Below, in pieces: positions 1 through 10,921 of a stretch of 64,000 nucleotides of DNA. The stretch is taken from positions 22,258,001-22,322,000 of the forward strand of contig OX597831.1 of assembly GCA_951406725.2 (NCBI GenBank), given 5' to 3'. This DNA is from Octopus vulgaris (lineage: Eukaryota). Within the stretch, counting starts at the first letter, position 1; every line of letters begins with the position of its first letter. The notes beneath the pieces are model-generated. The model saw nothing but the letters and a program-made list of their open reading frames with translations, did no database searches and was not told where the DNA came from. The position numbers and the translations under genes are program-made.

Positions 1-572
1 TGTAATAAAAAAATATAAAATTAACAAAAAATGAATATCAAAAACAAACTATAATCAAAGAAATAGAAGTCAATGAAAGTTACTATAAAATAAATAAAAG
101 GTATAAAATAGTTCAGTTGAGCATCGATTAATCGAATTCCAATCAGACAATACCTGAAGAAGAGAAATTTGAAAAACAACAATAATAATTATCACTATGA
201 TGATGAGGAGGAGGATGGCGACGATGATGATGATGATGAAAATAATATCTCTGGTGTGACATCAGCAATTCTGTGGTTGAATAATAAATGACGTAGCGAT
301 ATTTGCGATCAACGTTGAAAGAAAATGTGCTTCGTTCGAAAAAAAAAAACCCCAAAAAATCAAAAACAACCAAACAAACAGCAACTCAAAAGCAAATACA
401 AAAAAACAAACAAACAATACACTCGTAGTTATTCGCATTTCTGAAACTGTAGGAGTCAGTATTCCGATAGTATGTATGTATGTGTGTGTGTGTGTGTGTG
501 GTGGGTGGGTGAGAAAGAGAGCTAGAGAGAGGGGGAGATAGAGAGGAGAGTGTGTGCGCGCACACGTATGTG

Positions 573-609
<37 letters not shown>

Positions 610-1150
610 TTGTGTGTATATATATATAAACACGGCGTCTTTTAAATATCTTTTTTAATATATGTATATAAAATATATATTTTAATATTTATATAAATAT
701 ATATATATGTACATGCACAGATTCAAACATATATACATGATATACATACATACATACACACACAGATATAGAAAAAAAATTATACATCAATCCGTGTATC
801 CACCCATACATACATCCATTTAATCATCCGTCCATCCTTACATACATACGTAATGCATATATACATGCATACATAAATTCATGCATATGTATATACACAC
901 ACGTAGCTAATCGTGAGTCTACATTATATAGATCTATATTCAAGACAGCAGGGTGTTGCGTAATTTTCGAATTGTGTTTGTTGTGTTGCTGTGAACATGC
1001 GCGAGTGTGTGTCTTTGTTTCTTTGTTGTAACTTTTTCTCTACTTAGTTTCTATTCTTCGTTTGACTTGAATTTCTTAACACACACACACACATAGATAT
1101 GATATATATATTTAAATATATACATATACATACATACCTACATACACACA

Positions 1151-1348
1151 GAACGCCATGATATCGTTTGCTCTTACACGTATTTTTTTCTCTCCTTGTT
1201 TCTCTCCTTGTTTTTTTTCTGTGTATCTTTCTGTCGAAGAGCGTAGGCTCGAAACGTAAAAGACTTTTTCTATTCCTGAGCGCTATACTAATAGCGTTTG
1301 TTTGTACTCCACCTGCCTTCGTCTTTTGTTTATTTTCGTAAACTTTCC

Positions 1349-1352
<4 letters not shown>
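1151..1352 (+). mobile_element. Penelope pLTR-like short repeat carrying a minimal hammerhead-like motif (copy 1)
   Basis: Closely similar to 59787-59998. Contains TCTTT-CTGTCGA-A-GAGC-gtag-GCTC-GAAAC-GTA-AAAGA (1226-1263) and ends in (TA)n. Confidence 0.6.
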
Positions 1353-1426
<74 letters not shown>

Positions 1427-1427
1427 G

Positions 1428-1822
1428 AATACAGTGTACATTTAAACACATAAGAGGAATCCGTCATAGATTCCTTTCACGCTAGAAGGAACAGCTAAAG
1501 TAAAAACAACTATTAGAGATAAAACCTCGAAGGGAATGAAAAATAAAAACATTTACCATCTATTTCCTGGAGCATGGTTTCTGACTTTGTTTAGAAAAAA
1601 TAATTTACTAGGAAATAGATGGTAAATGTTTTATTATTCATTCCCTTCGAGTATTTTTTTATCTCTAATAGTGATGTGGACTTTAGCTGTTCCTATTAGC
1701 GTGAACGGAATCGTATGAAGGATATCTCTTATTCATTTAAACGTACACTGTATTGACTAACTTTTGTACACGCTAGGCCACAGGTAGTAAACATTTCTAA
1801 AATCTTTATTACCCTGATATTA

Positions 1823-1827
<5 letters not shown>
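1428..1827. mobile_element. Long imperfect fold-back element (arms 1428-1568 / 1610-1754) with one-sided tail, between (TA)n tracts
   Basis: aatacagtgtac...gtacactgtatt outer pairing and acatttaccatctatttcct / aggaaatagatggtaaatgt inner pairing. Mismatches are clustered into internal loops. Confidence 0.8.
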
Positions 1828-1860
<33 letters not shown>

Positions 1861-1863
<3 letters not shown>

Positions 1864-3988
1864 TCTGCATTAAGATCTGCAAACAAATCTAAGTGTCGAA
1901 TCCCTAGAAATAGAAAATCTCTCATAAGGAAAATTAAAAGAATCAACATGCTGAAATACTGTCAACAGCAACACACCAACCTGACTGCCATCTCGTCGCT
2001 AGAGATTAAAAAACATAAACTCCAAAACAACATGATGTCTATCATCAATAGTCAGCGAAGAGCTGAAGAGGCCTGGGCCATTGAGAAGATCAAACTCAAT
2101 CCCAAAGTGTTCTTTTCATTTGCAAAAAAACACAGAGTCACTGGTTCTACTGTTGGCCCTCTGATTGATGAAAATGATATTCTTCAAGACAATGCCAAAA
2201 CCATGGGAGAAATATTGCAGAAACAATATTGCTCTGTTTTCAGCAATCCTGATATGACTGATCTGGGCTGTATCAGTGATGTTACTCCCCAATACACTTT
2301 ATCGGACATAACATTTGGCGCTCCTGATGTCTTAGCAGCAATAAAGGAAATGAAGCATAATTCAGCAGTAGGTCCCGATAGGTTCCCTGCTTGTGTCTTG
2401 AAGATGTGTCAAAACCAACTTGCACCCCCTCTAGCCAATCTGTGGCGGAACTCATTGGATGCTGGATATATACCAGAAGACCTTCTATCCCAGTCTGTTG
2501 TCCCAGTTTTCAAAAAAGGAAACAAATCGCTTGCCGTGAATTACCGTCCAATCTCACTCACCTCTCATATCATCAAGGTATTTGAGAGGGTGTTGAGATC
2601 GCGTATGACTCACTTCCTTGAGAGTCATAATATGCTGAACCCCAACCAGCATGGATTCCGTAATGGGAGAGATTGCCTGACGCAGCTACTGCATCATTTT
2701 GATGACATTTTGAGAGCCTTGGGAGAGGGTTCCAACACTGATGTCATCTACCTTGATTTCAGCAAGGCCTTTGACAGGGTTGATCATAAGATCCTTCTGA
2801 GAAAGCTGTCCAATATTGGTGTCACTGGAAAGCTGCTGCAATGGATCAAGTGCTTCCTCTCTAACAGAACCCAACATGTTGTAGTCGAAGGAGTCAAATC
2901 CAGCCCAGCCAAAGTCAGCAGTGGTGTCCCACAAGGCACTGTGTTGGGCCCACTTCTCTTCATCATCTACATAAATGATATTACTGACACCATCAAACAC
3001 AGCAACATCAGAACCTTCGCTGATGATTCCAAGCTCCAGAAGGTCATCAATGGCGTGGATGACCGAATAAACCTTCAGTCAGACCTACTGGCTGTTGTCC
3101 AATGGGCGGAAAAGAATAACATGTTGCTAAATGAAGACAAATTCGAACTGATCCACTTTGGAAGGGAGGACGCTCTGAAACTCCCATACTCTCTTCCTTC
3201 TGGAGAAATTCTCATGGCATCCAACAACATCAGAGACCTGGGAGTAACAGTGGACAACAACATAAGCTGGGCTACACATATAAGCAGCAAAGTTGACATG
3301 GCCCGCAGAATGTGTTCCTGGATTCTCAGAACCTTCCAGTCGAGAGATTCCCACGCTATTATCCTTCTCTTCTCCACTTTTGCCCGACCCCACCTTGAAT
3401 ACTGCTGTCCACTGTGGTCTCCCTACACAAAACAAAATATTATGAGAATTGAAGCTCCCCAAAGGTCAATCACAAAAAAGATAGATGGCATGTCAGACCT
3501 TGACTACTGGGGTAGACTAGAGAAGCTGAAATTGTATTCACTCCAACGACGCCGTGAACGCTACATTATCTGTATGATGTGGAAAATATTCCATCAGCAC
3601 TGTCCGAATGATGTTGGCATCACCTTCAAAATGCATCCAAGGCTTGGACCACGTGCCATCCGTCCACAACAAAAATCTAAATCGCATCACATAACGACAA
3701 TACGGCACAACTATTTCACCTCAATTGGACCCGCTCTCTTCAACATTACACCAGGACACGTCAAAAAAGAAACTGACCACACAAAATTCAAGAAGTCTTT
3801 GGACAAATTCCTTCAAACAGTACCGGACAAACCATCCACACCCGGATATGTCTCCGCAAACAATAACTCTCTGCTCGAATGGGCCTTGGTGCCCAAATCC
3901 TGAACTGAAAGACTTCGCCAGGTGGTGCTATTAAGTTAGACATGGCCTGGGCCAATACTGGCCAAAAACCTTTCTAAGTTATTCTAAG

Positions 3989-3991
<3 letters not shown>
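1861..3991 (+). mobile_element. 5'-truncated CR1-clade non-LTR retrotransposon (LINE) inserted in a (TA)n tract
   Basis: Frame is open from 1861 (RSALRSANKSKCRIPRNRKSLIRKIKRIN-M...) to the stop at 3903. A short 3' UTR carries hairpin GGCCA-atac-TGGCC (3950-3963) and ends in (TTCTAAGTTA)x2 (3972-3991). (TA)n lies on both sides (1828-1860, 3991-4024). No APE endonuclease domain, consistent with 5' truncation. Confidence 0.92.
1948..3903 (+). CDS. LINE ORF2 reverse transcriptase plus C-terminal domain (651 aa, uninterrupted, N-terminally truncated)
   Basis: Motifs GPD, NYRPISLTS, QHGFR, YLDFSKAFDRVDH, SGVPQGTVLGPLLFIIYIND, FADD, RDLGV, and CR1-type RPHLEYCCPLWSP and LYSLQRRRERY. Confidence 0.93.
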   Translation: MLKYCQQQHTNLTAISSLEIKKHKLQNNMMSIINSQRRAEEAWAIEKIKLNPKVFFSFAKKHRVTGSTVGPLIDENDILQDNAKTMGEILQKQYCSVFSNPDMTDLGCISDVTPQYTLSDITFGAPDVLAAIKEMKHNSAVGPDRFPACVLKMCQNQLAPPLANLWRNSLDAGYIPEDLLSQSVVPVFKKGNKSLAVNYRPISLTSHIIKVFERVLRSRMTHFLESHNMLNPNQHGFRNGRDCLTQLLHHFDDILRALGEGSNTDVIYLDFSKAFDRVDHKILLRKLSNIGVTGKLLQWIKCFLSNRTQHVVVEGVKSSPAKVSSGVPQGTVLGPLLFIIYINDITDTIKHSNIRTFADDSKLQKVINGVDDRINLQSDLLAVVQWAEKNNMLLNEDKFELIHFGREDALKLPYSLPSGEILMASNNIRDLGVTVDNNISWATHISSKVDMARRMCSWILRTFQSRDSHAIILLFSTFARPHLEYCCPLWSPYTKQNIMRIEAPQRSITKKIDGMSDLDYWGRLEKLKLYSLQRRRERYIICMMWKIFHQHCPNDVGITFKMHPRLGPRAIRPQQKSKSHHITTIRHNYFTSIGPALFNITPGHVKKETDHTKFKKSLDKFLQTVPDKPSTPGYVSANNNSLLEWALVPKS

Positions 3992-4029
<38 letters not shown>

Positions 4030-4109
4030 CATACATACATACATACATACATACATACATACATACATACATACATACATACATACATACATACATGTAT
4101 ATGTTGTTC

Positions 4110-4520
4110 CTGGCGGAAATGTTAGCCTACCTCTGATGAGTCTACAATAACACTCGAAAATTGATCAAGGCGTTTCATTATTGTTTCAATCGGAGAATAG
4201 TTAAATTTTCCCTGTTTATATATCAGCAACGCTGGTTACGTATATTATATCGTAACTTGATAGTGTGTGGACTGAGACATCTGATGACAAGACGCCTGAT
4301 ATTAAATGAACTGTTAAATATTACGGTATGCAAATTAGTAACCCCACTTCTCTGCAGCTAGTTGACTTGTTGAGCATACAAACAGATTGGTTGCTTGTTT
4401 TTCTGGGAGTATAAAAATGATGTAGACACTTCTGATGAGAATTCAATAAGTTCCGAAAATCGTTTAAGGTTGTGTTTCACTTTTTCAATCCACAGAGAAA
4501 TGGCTGTTTATATTTCCACT
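4110..4520 (+). repeat. Diverged tandem repeat (period about 299 bp), each unit with a CTGATGAG...GAAA hammerhead-like core
   Basis: ctgatgag..caataa..cgaaaat..aagg..gtttca..tttcaatc at 4133 and 4432. Confidence 0.45.
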
Positions 4521-4650
4521 GCATAGGTTCTACATACATACATACATACATACATATGTGTATATATATATATATATATATGTATGTGTACATATATATG
4601 TATATATGTATATATATGTATATGTATGTATATAATCATTTATATATATA

Positions 4651-4940
4651 TCACGTGATCACGTGACCGATGTTACTCATCGCTGGTCACAATGCGCTTC
4701 GCATTGTTTTAGCCTTCAAATGACGCCACCCCGCTGGCTAAGCGAGCAGGCCAACAGAAGAAAGAGTGAGAGAAAGAATGGTGAAAGAGTACAGCAGGGA
4801 TCACCACCCCCTGCCGGATCCTCGTGGAGCTTTTAGTTGTTTTCGCTCAATAAACATACACAACGCCCGGTCTGGGAATCGAAACCGCGATCCTACGACC
4901 GCGAGTCCGCTGCCCTAACCACTGGGCCATTGCGCCTCCA
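4651..4940 (-). mobile_element. tRNA-derived SINE, family C (head ggaggcgcaatggcccagtggttagggc)
   Basis: A box tggcccagtggttagg and B box gtttcgattccc on the minus strand. Same head at 17255-17640, 29890-30190 and 60556-60609. Confidence 0.85.
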
Positions 4941-4960
4941 CCCCCCCCCCACACACCCAC

Positions 4961-5175
<215 letters not shown>

Positions 5176-5384
5176 TGCATGCGTGTGTAATGTGTCTACA
5201 GATACATGTGGCCGGCAAAATCGATGTTTAATTCGTAGAAACACATTGCAAATATATTCTATTGCCGTTCGTGACATAGTCACTGTATCAGAATCTGCAG
5301 TAGAATATATTACAGTGAATATGTGCAGTTCTATGACGCACATCTTTCCGACAGAAAGGAAAAATAATTTATATGTCCTCCAAC

Positions 5385-5583
5385 AGTCGCTTGACAACCG
5401 ATGCTGGTGTGTTTACGTCCTCGTAATTAGCGGCTTAGCAAAAGAGACCGATTGAATGCGTAGTAGGTTTACAAAGGATAAATCCTGGGTCGATTTTGTT
5501 GAGTAAAAAAAGAAATCCTTTAAGGCAGGCCTCCTGCATGGCCGCAGTCAAATGACAACCAAGTAAAAATATAAAAGAATAAA
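5385..5583 (+). mobile_element. SINE family B, 3' half
   Basis: cgcttgacaaccgatgctggtgtgtttacgtc...catggccgcagtcaaatgac matches the 3' part of 13073-13540. Confidence 0.75.
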
Positions 5584-5599
5584 GTAATTCCACGCAAAA

Positions 5600-6517
5600 G
5601 ATATGTTAAACATAAAGCTCCAAATTTTTGAGGAGGAGGCCAGTCGATTAGATCGATCCCAGTATGCGACTGGTACTTAATTTATCGACCTCAAAAGGAA
5701 GAAAGGCAAAGTCAACTTCGGCGGAATTTGAACTCAGAACGCAAAGACATACGAAATACCGATTTCTTTACTACCCACAAGGGGCTAAACACAGAGGGGA
5801 CAAACAAGGACAGACACACGGATTAAGTCGATCCCTGTGACGAACAGGTACTTATTTTATCGACCCCGAAAGGATGAAAGGCAAAGTCGCTCTCGGCGGA
5901 ATTTGAACTCAGAACGTAACGGCATTTCGCCGGGCGTGCTACGTTTCCGCCATCTCGCCGCCTTAATCCTGTAAAATATTCTTTTCTACTCTAGGCAGTA
6001 GTCCCGAAAGTTTTGTGGTGGGGGCCAGTCGACTAGATCGACTCCATTACGCAACTGGTACTTAATTTATCGATCCTGAAAGGATGAAAGGCAAAGTTGA
6101 CCTCGGCGGAATTTGAACTCAGAACGTAAAGACGGGCGAAATACCCACAAGGGGCTAAACACAGAGAGGACAAATAAGTGCGTAACTGGTAGTTATTTAA
6201 TCGAACCTGAAAGGATGAAAGGCAAAGTCGACCTCGGCGGAATTTGAACTCAGAACGTAACGGCAGACGAAATACCTTTTTCTATTTCTTTACTACCCAC
6301 AAGGGGTTAAACACAGAGAGGACAAACAAGGACAGACACACGGATTAAGTCGATTACATCGACCCCAGTGCGTAACTGGTACTTAATTTATCGTCCCCGA
6401 AAGGATGAAAGGCAAAGTCGACCTCGGCTGAATTTGAACTCAGAACGTAGTGGCAGACGAAATACCGCTAAGCATTTCGCCCGGCGTGCTAACGTTTCTG
6501 CCAGCTCGCCGCCTTAA
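5600..6517 (-). mobile_element. Head-to-tail array of SINE family A (tRNA-derived, Nin/Deu-like central domain)
   Basis: About five copies of aaaggatgaaaggcaaagtcgacctcggcggaatttgaactcagaacg. Heads (ctcgccgcctt) at about 5964 and 6515. Confidence 0.85.
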
Positions 6518-6527
6518 TGTTGAGTAG

Positions 6528-7461
6528 AATATTTGGCTGGGGTAAAGGACATGGACCACACCCACTTTCGTTATTCTGTTTTGTTTTGTTTTTTCTACAG
6601 AAACCTACCTTTTCGACTCTGGAGATTCTGAATCTGTAAAAAAAAAAAGGTCGGCATTTAAAATTTTAACTTTCCACCATTTTTTCCACGTTTTTTAGAA
6701 ATTTTTGGGCGAAATACGTGAGAAAATACTGAGATTATAATTCTGAAAAATTATTTTGTAAAATTTGAATTTTTCAAAAATAAATAAATTAATAAATTTA
6801 TTAATAAACAGCCCCTCCCCTCCCCCAAGGCATCTGTGACAGAAAATGAACATGTGGCTGAAGATCTCTTAGAATTAAGAGTGGTATGTAAAAATTACTC
6901 TTTTTTGCACACACACGATAACAATATGACATTAAAAATATATTTTCTTGTTGGTAATTTGTATTTAGAAAGTAGATCTTCAGTTTGACTGTTGTTTCCA
7001 GCTTGTCGGACTTTACGGTTGGAGCATACTTAAAAGCTGAAGATTTTGAAAACCCCAAAACATGTTTTCAGAATTTTAATTTTCACCCTCTCCACCCCTC
7101 TGGCAAAGAAAAAATGGGGGTGGGCGAAAGCAAAGTTTTTGAAAACGTGATTCGTCGTTTAGCTACTGTTTCTAGCATGTCGAGTTTTCTGTTGAGATAC
7201 TTTTTACGTCTGCTATTTTAGTAGGAGGGGAGGGATGTTTATTCAATTTTTATTTTTTTGAAAAATTGAAATTTGACAAAATTTTAATTCAGAATCATAA
7301 TCTCATTATTTTTCCAGGTTTTTCGCAAAAACAAAAAAAAAAAAAAATTTTTAAATGTGAAAAATTTGGTGGGGAGGCTAAGGGAACACCCCTCTCAATT
7401 CCACCCTCCCCCAAAAAGCCGAAAGTGGTGCGGTCCATGTCATTTACCTCCGCCGAATATT
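6528..7461. mobile_element. Non-autonomous DNA transposon (MITE/foldback) with long imperfect terminal and subterminal inverted repeats
   Basis: aatatttggctggggtaaaggacatggaccacacccactttcg (6528-6570) pairs with cgaaagtggtgcggtccatgtcatttacctccgccgaatatt (7420-7461). About 6700-6825 pairs with about 7220-7330. Confidence 0.7.
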
Positions 7462-8077
7462 ACGTCTTTAGGATATCAAAGGCAAGGAGTGCCACAATAT
7501 TCTGGGCCAGTTCTAGTTTCAACACAGTACACATGATACAAATGAAGCAGGACCAGAACCCTACATAAAGGGACACATAACGAAAATATGGTTAAGGTTG
7601 AATGAGGGTTAAGAGGCAATATTTTGCATCTTTCGAACAACGGGCAGCTATAAGCTTAGAAAAGTACTGTAAAATAAATTGTTTCAACCTAAAATATTTC
7701 TTAATTCGATTTCTTTTTCTTATCACATATTGAACATCTACATCGATTTCTCATTGTTATCAATAAAAGCTTACATTGATATTTTCGCACTATAGCAATT
7801 TGAAAATTAGATTAAAAAAATATTTTGCAAGTTCGCCATTTTTACTAACTTTGATCTTTCGCGTTTGTTGGTATTTCAGTTTAAATAAATAGAATTATAG
7901 GATGAAGATTATATCTAAATAACAAGATTATAAAGATAAATGCACCGTGAGCAAGTGTCTTCCATATTACCTAGGGCCAATCAAAGACTTGTAAGAGAAT
8001 TTGGTAAACGGAAACTAGAAGACGCTTGTTGCGTGTGTGTGTGAGTATATACATACATTCATATATATATATATATA

Positions 8078-8277
8078 GTCAATCCAAACATGAACAAGCA
8101 AGAAAAAACAACAACGCGAGGACGTGGACTAAGTACAGTGTTATTGGACTCTCAGAAAAGGAAAGAAAAGAAAGAGGACTTCACGTTTCGAGCAGAGCTC
8201 TTCATCAGAAATATAGAAAAAGTTCAAAGAATGGAAGACGGAGAAAGAAAATCGCCAACGATACACACGTGGTCACA
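8078..8277 (-). mobile_element. Penelope pLTR-like repeat with hammerhead-like motif
   Basis: Minus strand reads CTGATGA-A-GAGC-tct-GCTC-GAAAC-GTG (8182-8208). Flanks resemble 1151-1352 and it is bounded by (TA)n. Confidence 0.55.
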
Positions 8278-8290
8278 TAAGAATATTTAC

Positions 8291-8381
<91 letters not shown>

Positions 8382-8471
8382 CACACACATACATACATAC
8401 ATATATACATACATACATACATACATACATACATACATACATACAAACATACATACATACATATATATCTA

Positions 8472-8700
8472 TAAAGCTTATAGCGATCACCGTGAAAGTG
8501 ACTAAGGGGAATAGTCTAATAATGGGTAATATAAGCCCTCGACAGAGAAAAATTTGGCTTTCCCGTACGCGTGGGAAAGCCTACTTTTTCTGTCGAGGGC
8601 TTATATGCCCCATTATTAGACTATTCTCCTTATTTCTTTTCACGGTGAACGCTATAAGCTTTAAGCTTATTAAAAACACCATTATTATTATTTACAGAAT
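8472..8700. mobile_element. Fold-back element (hairpin 8472-8663) with tail; internally deleted relative of 49120-49420
   Basis: taaagcttatagcg...cgctataagcttta outer pairing, apex ggctttccc-gtacgcgt-gggaaagcc. The right arm and tail align with 49307-49420. Confidence 0.8.
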
Positions 8701-8839
8701 TGTAAAACTCGGCACCGCCTAACAAATCCATTCGTACCGAAATAGATATGTATGTATGTATTTATGTATGTATATATTATGTATGTATATATATGTGTGT
8801 GTGTTATATATATAAATATATATATAAGGATAAAAGAGA

Positions 8840-8887
<48 letters not shown>

Positions 8888-8889
<2 letters not shown>

Positions 8890-9124
8890 TCTCTTTTATC
8901 CTTTTATTATTTTACTTGTTTTAGTGATTTGACTGTAGCCATGCTGGAGCACGGTCTTTTGTCAAAGAAATCAACTCCAGGAATTATTCTCTGTAAGCCT
9001 GGTACTTATTCTATTGGTCTGTTTTGCAGAACTGCTAAGTTACGGGGACGTAAACACAGAATCACAATCATATACATACATAAATATATTCATACATACA
9101 TACACACCCACGCACACACGCACG

Positions 9125-9189
<65 letters not shown>

Positions 9190-9325
9190 GACGGGCTTCT
9201 TTCAGTTTCCGTCTACCAAATCCACTCACGAGGTTATAGCAGAAGACACTTGCCCAAGATGCCACGCAGTGGGGGTGGGGCTGAACCCGGAACTAAGTTG
9301 TGGGGAAGCAAGCTTCTTACCACAT
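8888..9325 (-). mobile_element. SINE family B (tRNA-derived, CORE-like segment, internal microsatellite)
   Basis: acgggcttctttcagtttccgtctaccaaatccactcac...gacacttgcccaag. A further 3' fragment lies in opposite orientation at about 9400-9535. Confidence 0.8.
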
Positions 9326-9724
9326 ATACACATACATGTGTGTGCGTGTCTGTGTGTGTGTGTATCTGTATGTGCCTGTTTGTCTGTCTTTGTGTCTGTG
9401 TTTATCCCCCACTACTGTTTGACAACCGGTTTTGGTGTATTTACGTCTACGTAACTTTGCGGTTCAGCAAAAGAAAGAAACCACTGCGGTCGATTTCTTC
9501 GACTATAATTCTGGAAGGCAGTGCCTCAGCATGGCGAAATAAATAATATTATGAATATGAAATTATAGAAGCAGTTATTATTCAAATAAATATAATAAAA
9601 ACACATTTGTATAAATAAAAATAATAAAATTGAAATTTTATATTATTAAAATAATATTTATTAAAACAGTATTAGCATTAAAATAGAAATACTTAATTAA
9701 TTAATAGTTAACATTACTGAAGCT

Positions 9725-10175
9725 GAAATAGTTTTTTTTTTGGGGGGGGGAGTGAATCTCGAAGTACAAAATGTATTATAGGCACAAGGCCTGAAATTTG
9801 GGGGAGGGAAATTGTCGATTACATCGACCCCAGCACTTAACTGGTACTTAATTTATCGACCCCGAAAGGATGAAAAGCAAAGTCGACCTCGGCGGAATTT
9901 GAACTCAGAATGTAGCGACAGGCGAAATACTGCTAAGCATTTCGTCCAGCGTGCTAACGATTCAGCAAGCTCGCCGCCTTTCTCGAAGTACATAATGCTA
10001 TGAATAATAGCTTAAACTAGGTTAAAATACCTCTTGCATAGAAAAAGTCAAATGCTCAATATTTAAGTTTTTTTTAGCTCAATTTTTACACGGTATCATT
10101 TATAGGTTTATGTGTTTCGACATTAACTGTTACAAAAAGCGACTATTTCACGATCTCTTGAAAGTATCTAAATTC
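9725..10175. mobile_element. Short fold-back repeat (family of 14599-14795) interrupted by a SINE A (9775-9980, minus strand)
   Basis: gtgaatctcgaag...tgtgtttcga...tatttcacgatct is shared with 14599-14795. Duplicated target tctcgaagtaca(a/t)aatg at 9757 and 9981 flanks the SINE. Confidence 0.65.
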
Positions 10176-10485
10176 TAACGACGTCAATAAAACAGATTTA
10201 TTCAAAGAAATAAAATTGTAACAAAATATTTAACCAAATAAAATTTTAAAAAAATATATTTAATTAAATAACATATTAAAAACAACAAAAAAAGAAAGAA
10301 TCTAAATAAATAATTGAATAAAATTAAATAAATCATTAAAAAACCGTCAGATATTTAAATTTAAAAAATTATATAAAAAATATAAAATTTTTACCCTGTT
10401 TCACTGCGAAATTGAATTTCACAATTACATGAATATTCCAATAATAATGTAAAATAGCTACAACTACAACATCAACAATAATGGT

Positions 10486-10487
<2 letters not shown>

Positions 10488-10536
<49 letters not shown>

Positions 10537-10598
10537 TGATAAAAATAACAGCAACAACAACAACAACAACAACAATAATAATAATGATGATGATGATG

Positions 10599-10636
<38 letters not shown>

Positions 10637-10813
10637 AATAGATATTAATAATAATAATGACAGCAACAACAACATCAACAACAACAACAATAAAAATAAT
10701 AATGATGATGATGATGATAATAATAATAATAATAATAATAAATAATAATAATAACAGCAAAAACAACAACAACAACAACAATAATAATAATAATAATAAT
10801 AATGATGATGATG

Positions 10814-10856
<43 letters not shown>

Positions 10857-10869
10857 TAATAATAACAAA

Positions 10870-10921
<52 letters not shown>
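10488..10921. repeat. (AAT)n/(AAC)n/(GAT)n compound microsatellite
   Basis: Directly visible. Confidence 0.95.

Noticed and set aside
4865-4940. Functional tRNA genes at SINE heads (also 17570-17640, 13842-13912)
   Set aside because: They run directly into SINE bodies and lack a complete acceptor stem and terminator.
5600-6517. CRISPR-like regularly repeated motif
   Set aside because: The repeats are SINE units with homologous, not unique, intervening sequence; eukaryotic context and no cas genes.
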